Source of the DNA: Octopus sinensis
Taxonomy: Eukaryota
Length of the DNA stretch: 10,875 nt
Direction: 5' to 3'
NCBI RefSeq assembly: GCF_006345805.1
Contig: NW_021827156.1
Location: 1-10,875, forward strand
The notes under the pieces are model-generated. The model was not told the origin of the DNA, searched no databases, and worked only from the letters and a program-made list of their open reading frames with translations. The position numbers were made by a program, and so were the translations under genes. Of the stretch, positions 1 to 8,691 are shown in pieces. Position 1 is the first letter of the stretch. Every line of letters begins with the position of its first letter.

Positions 1-192
1 TCCGTTGATAATACCTTTCTGGGCATTTTATTTGTATTTTTTTCTGTGGGGCTTCCTAAGAAATTGTACAGGCGATGGAAAATGCACTTTCTTTAGAAAC
101 AAAGATACAAATCGTGCAACTTCTACAAGATCGGCCCCGCTCTTTAATATACAGGCAGCCCTGTTAAAATTTCCTTGCTTATCTCTCTTTTA

Positions 193-597
193 TCTCTCTT
201 TTACTTGTTTCAGTCATTTGACTGCGGCCATGCTGGAACACCGTCTTTTAGTCGACCAAATCGACCCCGGGACTTATTTTTTTCTAAGCCCAGTACTTAT
301 TCTATCGGTCTCTTTTGCCGTACCGCTAAGTGACGGGGACGTAAACACACCAGCATCGGTTGTCAAGCAATGCTAGTGGGACAAACACAGACACACAAAC
401 ACATACACACACACATATATATATACATATATACGACAGGCTTCTTTCAGTTTCCGTCTACCAAATCCACTCACAAGGCATTGGTCGGCCCGGGGCTATA
501 ACAGAAGACACTTGCCCAAGATGTCACACAGTGGGACTGAACCCGGAACCATGTGGTTGGTTAGCAAGCTACTTACCACACAGCCACTCCTGCGCCT
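193..597 (-). mobile_element. tRNA-derived SINE, family 1, near full-length copy
   Basis: Minus strand begins GGCGCAGGAGTGGCTGTGTGGTAAG. A-box-like TGGCTGTGTGG lies within 575-586 and B-box GGTTCAGTCCC at 533-543. There is an internal CA/TA tract at about 390-433, and the 3' end reads TGACTGAAACAAGTAAAAGAG with a tandem 11-mer (ATCTCTCTTTT x2, 181-202). Homologous to 2131-2512 and 5219-5624. Resembles abundant octopus tRNA-SINEs (recollection, unverified). Confidence 0.9.
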
Positions 598-620
598 CAT
601 GTGCGTAATCTTTGAACAAA

Positions 621-722
621 ATCCCACAAGGTGGCATCTTGGGTAAATGTCATTTTCTATGAACTCTATTCAACCCATAAGCTGTGAGTGAAATTAGGTT
701 GACAGAAACTGTAGACAAGCCT
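621..722 (+). mobile_element. Old, degenerate family-1 SINE fragment
   Basis: ATCCCACAAGGTGGCATCTTGGGTAAATGTC...GCTGTGAGTGAAATTAGGTTGACAGAAACTG...AAGCC aligns with the post-B-box segment of the other copies (GTCCCACTGTGTGACATCTTGGGCAAGTGTC...CCTTGTGAGTGGATTTGGTAGACGGAAACTG...AAGCC). Confidence 0.65.
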
Positions 723-857
723 TCCGAGCGGATTGCACTTGTAATACAAACTGTACGTTGAATACTTTGCCACAAACACATTAATTTAGGAGCAGGTCAG
801 CTGATCACCCAAGAGTATCCTCATCGTTGCACGACGCAGATCCAGTACCAACATCAC

Positions 858-869
858 GTGTATATATAC

Positions 870-904
<35 letters not shown>

Positions 905-1158
905 TGTATGTATGTATGTATGTATGTATGTGTGTATATATATATATTGTTTATACACCGAACACACACACACACACATATATATACATACATATATATA
1001 TATATATACATACATACATGTTATATATAAGTACATAATATAAAGATGCACATAGATACATATATGCATACAAACATTTACATACATACATACACACCAC
1101 ACACACATATATATATACACACACAACATATATATACACACACACACACACACACATA

Positions 1159-1203
<45 letters not shown>

Positions 1204-1379
1204 GTATATACATATACGTATGCATATGCATAAATATACATAGATAAAAATACATGTGTATACATGTATATGTATATTTATGTATATATATATATATGCA
1301 TATAGTTTTTGCTAGAATGGAACTGATATATGCATATATATATATATATGCATACATATTTATGTGCATATACATATAC

Positions 1380-1451
<72 letters not shown>

Positions 1452-1495
1452 TGTGTATACACGCACACATACGCGCATACACACACAGGGAGACA
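858..1495. repeat. Compound microsatellite (TA)n/(TATG)n/(CA)n
   Basis: Seen directly: pure (TATG)n at about 875-930, long (TA)n runs near 1157-1200 and 1387-1448. Confidence 0.97.
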
Positions 1496-1589
1496 CAGAG
1501 AATGACTGCTTAATTGAATATACTTTGGCTTTTTTTTTGTGTGTGCTAATCAAGTTGTATGCGTTCATCTGTTAAGCATGTTCATGAAT

Positions 1590-1695
1590 ATGTGTGTTTG
1601 TGTGCCGTTACGTGCGTGCGTGTGTGTGTCTGTGTGTGTGTGTGTGTATGTGTGGTTGTCTGTGTGTGTGTGTGTGTGTGTTGCGTGTGTGTCTG
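1590..1695. repeat. Imperfect (TG)n microsatellite
   Basis: Seen directly: alternating TG/CG runs. Confidence 0.9.
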
Positions 1696-2130
1696 TCAAT
1701 GAGAAACGTAACGATTAGTTTAATGAAGACACTGCATTTGGAAATGTCAAACTTAGAGGATTTCGTTGGTTCTTGTGTTAATGTACTTTCCAACAATAGG
1801 TGTGGTGTGTGCGTACGGAGAGGTGGGGGTGAGAACTAAGGAGGAGGTTCTTTCTTCTCATAAACAATAGACACAACTAAAAACTTCCTATTGTTTCATT
1901 CGTCTCTTCTTCCTCGGCCTTTTTTTATTTCCTTCTATCGTTACGTTTTACCATTTCGTTTTTTTTTTGCCAATTTCTTTCACTATTTTTTTGTTTTTCG
2001 TTAATTTTTATTCGGTATAAGAATTTTGAAAGAAAAAAAAAACCAATCTGTTGCCGAAAACATATATATTGTCTTCAGTTTTATCGAAAGAGAAGTCTGT
2101 TTTAGCTTTCATATATACATACTTACATAA

Positions 2131-2512
2131 GTGTGGTAAGAAACTTGCTTCCGAACCACATGGTTCCGGGTTCAGTCCCGCTGCATGACACATTGAGCAA
2201 GTGTCTTCTAGTAAAAGCCTTTGGCCTACCAAAGCCTTGTGAGTTGATAGGGTAGACAGAGGTCCGGCGTGTGTGTGTGTGTGTGTATGTATGTGAATGT
2301 ATGTATCTAAGTACGTATGTCTGTCTGTCTGTATGTATGTATGTCTGTCTGTCTGTATGTATATGTGTGTATGTATGTATGTATGTATGTATGTATGTAT
2401 GTATGTATGCATGTATGTATGCATTATGTATGTAAGCGTGCGTGTCTGTGTTTGTCTTCCCACCATCGCTTGACCACCAATGCTGGTGTGTCTATGTCCC
2501 AGTAACTTAGCA
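2131..2512 (+). mobile_element. Family-1 SINE, 3'-truncated, with expanded internal microsatellite
   Basis: GTGTGGTAAG...GGTTCAGTCCC (B-box 2169-2179)...AAAGCCTTGTGAGT is followed by about 170 bp of (TG)/(TATG)/(TCTG)n (2268-2440). The SINE body then resumes: GTGTCTGTGTTTGTC...ATGCTGGTGTG...GTAACTTAGC. This is the reverse complement of parts of 193-597. Confidence 0.88.
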
Positions 2513-2551
2513 GTAACAACTACACACCCACATACACAGAAATATATAAAT

Positions 2552-2625
2552 ACAAACAAGATGAGGAGAAATATCCGTCAAATGTAAATAATGTACATAA
2601 TTCCTAATCTCTTAAATATGGAACA
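2552..2625 (+). mobile_element. Possible Penelope-like element terminal-repeat remnant
   Basis: ACAAACAAGATGAGGAGAAATATCCGTCAAATGTAAATAATGTACATAATTCCTAATCTCTTAAATAT matches my recollection of a very common octopus repeat that lies downstream of a CTGATGA...GAAAC motif. No in-window support; classification is from memory only. Confidence 0.35.
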
Positions 2626-2769
2626 TAGTGAACAGTTGTTAAACAGGGTGAGGGATTTAAATCTACAACGCATGAACAGACAGAACAAAATCCTCAAGCG
2701 GCCATTCTTTCACACATTTTATCGCCATTGTAGTTCACTCACAAGGGGCTTTACTCAAATCGACATATT

Positions 2770-3152
2770 GGAAGCACTCCGTCGGTTACGACGACGAGGG
2801 TTCCGGTTGATCCGATCAACGGAACAGCCTTCTCGTGAAATTAACGTGTAAGTGGCTGAGCACTCCACAGACACGTGTACCCTTAACGCAGTTCTCAGGG
2901 ATATTCAGCGTGACACAGAGAGTGACAAGGCCGGCCCTTTGAAATACAGGTACAACAGAAACAGGAAGTAAGAGTGAGAGAAAGTTGTGGTGAAAGAGTA
3001 CAGCAGGGATCACCACCATCCCTGCCGGAGCCTCGTAGAGCTTTAGATAGTTTTCGCTCAATAAACACTCACAACGCCCGGTCTGGGAATCGAAACCGCG
3101 ATCCTACGACCGCGAGCCCGCTGCCCTAATCACTGGGCCATTGCGCCTCCAC
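2770..3152 (-). mobile_element. tRNA-derived SINE, family 2, full-length with 17-bp TSD
   Basis: Minus strand begins GTGGAGGCGCAATGGCCCAGTG (A-box 3131-3140), with B-box GGTTTCGATTCCC at 3085-3097. Flanked by the identical direct repeat ACTCAAATCGACATATT at 2753-2769 and 3151-3167. Confidence 0.92.
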
Positions 3153-3261
3153 TCAAATCGACATATTAATATGCAGGGCAACGGATTTAAATCTGAAACT
3201 ACCTACCTGGATTACATAAAATTATCAAAAGTGTCACTGCAACAAGTAGAATAATAATGCT

Positions 3262-3479
3262 AATAACTCTTTCAAATTTTGGTAAAAGACAAAATTGGAG
3301 GAGGGGAAATTTGATTGATTAAACAGAGCCCAATTTTTAACTAGCACAAAATTTTACCGACCTCGAAAAGATGAAAGGCAAAGCTAACCTCAGTGGAATT
3401 TGAACTCAGAACGTAAAGACGAGAGAAATGCCGCTAAGCATTTTCCCGGCAAGCTAACGATTCTACCAGCTCACCGCCT
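3262..3479 (-). mobile_element. tRNA-derived SINE, family 3
   Basis: Minus strand: GGCGGTGAGCTGGTAGAATCGTTAGC (A-box-like 3457-3468), B-box GAGTTCAAATTCC (3395-3407), then CTTTGCCTTTCATCTTTTCGAGGTCGGTAAAA, resembling a central motif of various metazoan tRNA-SINEs. Ends in a TTA-rich tail. Confidence 0.85.
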
Positions 3480-3480
3480 T

Positions 3481-3484
3481 TATA

Positions 3485-3527
<43 letters not shown>

Positions 3528-3599
3528 TGATGATGATGATGATGATGATACATATGATGACAACAACAACAATAACTATAATAATAATTATTGTTGTTA

Positions 3600-3662
<63 letters not shown>

Positions 3663-3700
3663 TATTATTATTATTATTATTACCATTATTATTACCATTA

Positions 3701-3754
<54 letters not shown>

Positions 3755-3783
3755 CATCATCATCGTCATCATCATTATTATCA
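3481..3783. repeat. Trinucleotide array switching from (AAT/GAT/CAA)n to (ATT/CAT)n
   Basis: Seen directly; polarity inverts at about 3585-3590. Confidence 0.97.
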
Positions 3784-3976
3784 TATACGTGACAAAAATT
3801 TGACAGATTTTAGCCAAAACAAGTTATCGCTCCGCATAAATATCAGCCATTGTCTATCAAACTCTTTTACATCATCAAAACATTGGTAAAATAATTTATT
3901 TAGGATAAATAAATAAAACTGAATGGTTGCATTGCAGAGGTTTGTGAAAACCTTTTTGAATACGTCAATGAGCAAG

Positions 3977-4013
3977 TAATAATACTAACAACAACAACAA
4001 CAATAATAATAAC

Positions 4014-4083
<70 letters not shown>
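3977..4083 (+). repeat. (TAA)n/(CAA)n microsatellite, 5' flank of Dong-like copy A
   Basis: Seen directly. Confidence 0.97.
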
Positions 4084-4084
<1 letters not shown>

Positions 4085-4640
4085 TACCCTGAGGCTGTAA
4101 CTGAAGGAGAAAATGTAACCATTCTGTGGGACTTTCCAGTACATACAGACCGAACCATCAAGGCCAATAAACCAGATATTGTTGTGAAAGACCAAAACAA
4201 TAAACTTTGCTTATTGATCGACATGAGCATCCCTGTGATCATAATATCTCAGCGAAAGAGTTTGACAAGCTCAGAAAATATAAAGACCTACTCATTGAAA
4301 TTGAGAAAATGTGGCATCTCAAGGCGGTTACAATACCAGTGATCGTAGGAGCACTAGGAATGATCAAGAAGGGAACCGAAAATTATATGAGAATGATCCC
4401 TGGCTTACCATCCCTGCAAGAAGTGCAAAAGATTGTCTTAACTGGTACATCACACGTATTGAGAAGAGCATTGTCGATGTGAGAACTGATGCTGCTCATG
4501 TATTTTAATTTAACTTAAAAAAAAAATTGAGTTTGGTTTAATGGCCTACCAATGTATACTATGAGTTTCTTTGCCCTAGGAGTCGGGAAGACACTCGGCA
4601 AGAAATGGAAGCAAATTTGAAAGAAGAAAAACAAAAAATT
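4085..4640 (+). mobile_element. R4/Dong-clade non-LTR retrotransposon, 5'-truncated (lineage A): restriction-like endonuclease domain plus 3'UTR
   Basis: Frame +2 from 4088 reads PEAVTEGENVTILWDFPVHTDRTIKANKPDIVVKDQNNKLCLLIDMSIP. After a 1-nt frameshift at 4231-4233, frame +1 reads CDHNISAKEFDKLRKYKDLLIEIEKMWHLKAVTIPVIVGALG...RRALSM* (stop 4480-4482). The ILWDF..TD, PD-IVV-D..LID and K..KY.DL motifs are typical of the RLE domain of R4/Dong/Rex6 elements. A 3'UTR of about 160 nt precedes (TAA)n. Confidence 0.9.
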
Positions 4641-4667
4641 ATAATAATAATAATAATAATAATAATT

Positions 4668-4699
<32 letters not shown>

Positions 4700-4753
4700 T
4701 ATAATAATAATAATACTAACAACAACAACAACAACAACAATAATAATAATAAT

Positions 4754-4810
<57 letters not shown>
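4641..4810 (+). repeat. (TAA)n/(CAA)n tail and target microsatellite
   Basis: Seen directly. Confidence 0.97.
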
Positions 4811-4811
<1 letters not shown>

Positions 4812-5212
4812 GACTTGAGAGTGATCATGAGTTTCGATCAGGAACAGTCAACGAGAGAGAAGAAACTCTATGGAATTACATGGTCAGTTCCATCGTGAAA
4901 CCAACAAATTAAAAGACCAGGAAGCATCATGAAGGTGGCTCAACAAGGGTACATTGCTGAAAGCTGCCGAGGACCAGGCATTGAATACCAACTCAGTGAA
5001 AAAGAATACATACCACACAAGTACAACGGACCTCTGCAGAATGTGTGGGAAGAGGGTCGAAAGCGTGCCTCACGCCCAAAACCTCCACTGGCCACTTTGC
5101 CGTAAGTATGAATATGAGGTTACAGGCGGTTGGTACCAACATACACCGCAAAAAGTAATGGATAGAAAGGAAAAGGGGAAAATCCTCTAGGATTTGACTT
5201 CCGGACAGACAA
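4811..5212 (+). mobile_element. R4/Dong-clade fragment (lineage B): linker, partial zinc knuckle, start of RLE; pseudogenised
   Basis: Frame +1 from 4870 reads MELHGQFHRETNKLKDQEAS*RWLNKGTL-LKAAEDQALNTNSVKKNTYHTSTTDLCRMCGKRVESVPH-AQNLHWPLCRKYEYEVTGGWYQHTPQKVMDRKEKGKIL*D. The LHGQF, AAQDQAL.T, CxxC-x8-H, HW.LC and WY.H.P motifs match R4/Dong ORFs. Nonsense codons at 4930 and 5188 replace Trp. Cut at the 3' end by a SINE. Confidence 0.87.
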
Positions 5213-5218
5213 TGTTTT

Positions 5219-5624
5219 ATCTTTTACTTGTTTCAGTCATTAGAGTGTGGCCATTCTGGGGCACCGCCTCGGAGAATTTTCAGTCGGATGCATCGTCTCC
5301 ACTACTTATCTTTTTTAGGTCTGGTACTTATGCTATCGGTCGCTTCTGCCGAACCCCTTAGTTACGGTAACATGAAAAACACCAGTACCAGTTGTCAAGC
5401 AGTGATGGGGTTGGGGACAAACACAGACACAAAAGTACACGCACACACACACACATATACGACAGGTTTCATTCAATTTCCGACTACCAAATCCTCTCAG
5501 AGGGCTTTTTGGCTGGCATGAGTCTATAGTAGAAATCAGTTTCCCAACGTGTTACGCAGTGGGACTGAAACCTGCACTATGTGTTTGGGAGGCAAACTTC
5601 TTACCACCCAGCCAGGTCTGCGCC
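5219..5624 (-). mobile_element. Family-1 SINE, diverged copy
   Basis: CTTTTACTTGTTTCAGTCATT 3' end, same body order as 193-597, B-box at 5561-5572, 5' end CAGCC...TGCGCC at 5609-5624. Confidence 0.88.
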
Positions 5625-6991
5625 ATACATACATGCATTCATAATACATACACACTCCCACACACGTACGTACATATTATATATGGATGTGTGTGTACGT
5701 ATATGCGTGTTTTTATGTGTGTGTCTCTCTCTGTCTATATATGTGTACATATAATATATATATATATATATAATATTATATATATATATAATATATATAT
5801 ACATATACATATCCTGGACACATATATGTATGTATATATATATACATATATTTGTAGGTATGTACATATATGTATATATGCATATATTTATATATTATTT
5901 ATATTATTATTATATATATGTATACAAACACACATATACATATGTACATTCATATATATGCACACTCATATATGTTTTAAATATATAATATAACATACGG
6001 ATATATAATATAGACACATACATATCTATATACATACAAATAGACATACATGCCTACATACATGTACGTGCATACATGCATAATATACGTATAGATATAT
6101 ATACATGCATACATATATATTTGTATGAATATAGATATACATGTATATTTGCACATACATACATACATACAAACATACAAACATACATACATACACACAT
6201 ACAACATACTTACATACATACACACATACATACATACATACATACATACATACATACATACATACATACACACATACAACATACATACATATATACATGC
6301 ATACATATATATTTGTATGAATATAGATATACATGTATATTTGCACATACATACATACATACCTACATACATACATACAAACATACATACCTACATAAAT
6401 ACATACATACCGATACAACATACATACAAATACATACCACAAAACATACATACATACATACAGACATACTACACACATACTACATACAAATACATACTAC
6501 ACACATACTACATACATACATACATACATACATACATAATACATACATACATACACATACATACATATATACATACATACATAATCATACATACACACAT
6601 ACAACATACATATATACATACATACATACATAAATACATACATACATACATACATACATACATACACACATACATACATACATACAACACACATACATAC
6701 ACACATACATACATACACACATACATACATACACACATACATACATACACACATACATACATACATACATACATACATACATACATACATACATACATAC
6801 ATACATACACACATACAACATACATACATACATACATACATACATACATACATACATACACACATACATACATACATACAACACACATACAACACACATA
6901 CATACATGTATACATACATACATACATACATACATACACACATACAACATACATACATATATACATACATACATGCATACATACATACATA
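5625..6991. repeat. Large compound microsatellite: (TA)-rich then about 840 bp of imperfect (CATA)n
   Basis: Seen directly; includes a 74-bp exact internal duplication (6097-6170 = 6289-6362). Confidence 0.97.
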
Positions 6992-7077
6992 TCGAAGAGA
7001 AACAAAAATGCCAGTGACGTAAAAAGCATTGTTTTAAAAAAAGTTATAGATTCGATTTGCGGATAACAATCACCCGT

Positions 7078-7176
7078 CTCTTTATCCCTCCCTCTCTTTC
7101 TTTCTTTCCTTCTTTCCTTCTTTCTTTCCTTCTTTCTTTCTTACTTTCTCTCTCTCTCTCTGTTTGTCTGTCTCTC

Positions 7177-7216
<40 letters not shown>
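7078..7216. repeat. Polypyrimidine tract (CTTT)n/(CT)n
   Basis: Seen directly; GAGA-type repeat with mirror symmetry (triplex-prone by established rules). Confidence 0.95.
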
Positions 7217-7220
<4 letters not shown>

Positions 7221-7530
7221 GTCATAAAGGTCACATCTATTCTATCTTACGTAATAGGTCCAAGCGAAAACGCATTCCACACGTATCACTCAGTGACTTT
7301 GAACCGGTGCCCTTCACCATTCTGGATTGTCTTGGACCGCCAAAAGCAGGAAGTTATTTGCGTGTTGGATTTCTATTTTAATGTTCGGCTCGAATGAAAT
7401 TTACAAATATCGTGAAGAAACGTCATTAGTGATGACGTGTAATGATGTCATTGGAGACAAAGCGAAAACGTAATTAAATTGTTTAACAGATACTGCAAGA
7501 ACTTCAAAGGGATTAATTATGCGTAATATT
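7217..7530. promoter_or_regulatory. Candidate cis-regulatory module rich in CRE/bZIP motifs
   Basis: TGACGTCA 7217-7224, AAAGGTCA 7226-7233, TTACGTAA 7247-7254, CAGGAAGT 7347-7354, inverted ACGTCAT/ATGACGT 7420-7438 and TGATGTCA 7443-7450. Six ACGT cores fall within 7219-7471. Motif content only; no functional evidence. Confidence 0.35.
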
Positions 7531-7577
7531 AATTAAAGTTAAATATTTATAATAATAATCAAATTGGTGTTAAATGA

Positions 7578-7709
7578 TACACACACGCACATACATACAC
7601 ACACACACGCACGAGCACACGCAAACACACACACATACGCACACAACTCGGTTTTTATCTTTCTGTGTGTATATATATGTAAATATATAAATATATATAT
7701 ATCAAATGA

Positions 7710-7756
<47 letters not shown>

Positions 7757-7982
7757 GCACATAAGCAGGGAGAAATAACGCAACACGTATATCTATATAT
7801 GCACATATATACATATACTTATTTATGTATATATATATGTATATATGTATATATGTATATATGTATATATACATTATATGATAATGTGATACATTTATAA
7901 ATATATATATATATATACTCTTACATAGACGCATATGTGTGAGTATAGATAGATAGATAGATAGATAGAAAGATAGACAGAC

Positions 7983-8038
<56 letters not shown>

Positions 8039-8058
8039 ATGATATATATATATGCATA
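7578..8058. repeat. Compound microsatellite (CA)n/(TA)n/(AGAT)n
   Basis: Seen directly; (AGAT)n at about 7946-8034. Confidence 0.96.
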
Positions 8059-8219
8059 TGAAGTGAAAGGGTTTGATCTCGATCTCTAAGTTGAAATTTC
8101 ACCGCGATCATTTTTGCTCTCTGGTGTCGCTAAAATTAAAATTGAAGTGAGGTAAATGGGTTAATGGCTTCGACTATCCGCCTCTGTTCAGTAATGCTGG
8201 CTTGTGTCTAAATCAGAAT

Positions 8220-8332
8220 TTATCATCATCTTCATCATTGTTATTTTATTATTATTATTATTATTATTATATTATTATTATTATTATTATTGTTATTATT
8301 TTTATTTTATTATTATTATATTATTATTATTA
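8220..8332. repeat. (TTA)n microsatellite
   Basis: Seen directly. Confidence 0.95.
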
Positions 8333-8438
8333 TTCAGTATTTTTTATTTATACGCGTGCTTTCACTTCACTACGGGCACAGCTCTGTGTGCCTGGGTATG
8401 TGCTGTGATTTGTCGTGATGCTCGGATGGTTTATTGTA
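8333..8438 (-). mobile_element. 3'UTR-only copy 1 of Dong-like lineage C
   Basis: Aligns end to end with 8692-8798 (TTCAGTA...GCGTGCTTTCAC...GCTCTGTGT...GATGGTTA.TGTA); embedded in (TTA)n. Confidence 0.88.
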
Positions 8439-8456
8439 GTCTTATTATTAGTAGTC

Positions 8457-8492
<36 letters not shown>

Positions 8493-8500
8493 TTATTTTT

Positions 8501-8605
8501 ATTCAGTAGTTTTATTTTTATAGCGTGCTTCACTTCACTACCGCCGCAGCTCTGTGTGCCTTGGGTATTGCTGTGATTTGTCGTGATGCTCTGATGGTTA
8601 TTGTA
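8501..8605 (-). mobile_element. 3'UTR-only copy 2 of Dong-like lineage C
   Basis: As for copy 1; shares the junction TGTAGTCTTATTATTAGTAGTCTTATT with copy 1. Confidence 0.88.
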
Positions 8606-8623
8606 GTCTTATTATTAGTAGTC

Positions 8624-8688
<65 letters not shown>

Positions 8689-8691
8689 ATT

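Noticed and set aside
5-173. FFLWGFL motif (mariner-like DFFLWG) and MENALSLETKIQIVQLL (HTH-like); TA-CAGGCAG resembling a Tigger TIR start
   Set aside because: The matches are short, in different frames and in the wrong order for a transposase, with no catalytic context and no partner TIR.
533-597. SINE heads as real tRNA genes (also 3085-3152 and 3395-3479)
   Set aside because: A/B boxes are present, but there is no complete cloverleaf or acceptor stem, and each runs into a SINE body.
2653-3194. GGATTTAAATCT (palindromic core) at 2653-2664 and 3183-3194
   Set aside because: A 12-bp AT-rich match with no extension, no TSD and no further inverted repeat; insufficient for a MITE or hAT end.
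3781-3975. 64-aa minus-strand ORF in unique sequence
   Set aside because: No recognisable motif and no convincing splice acceptor or donor.
7164-7397. Possible exon after the CT tract (AG at 7228-7229)
   Set aside because: The translation is unrecognisable and has no good donor before the stop; the tract is a simple repeat.
8185-8222. Possible SINE 3' tail remnant before (TTA)n
   Set aside because: Too short and not alignable with confidence to the in-window SINEs.
5-8533. Long ORFs rich in YI/HT/CV/poly-I/poly-Y/poly-N (for example 6125-7066, 313 aa)
   Set aside because: They are translations of microsatellites lacking stops in some frames; no domain content or plausible splice context.
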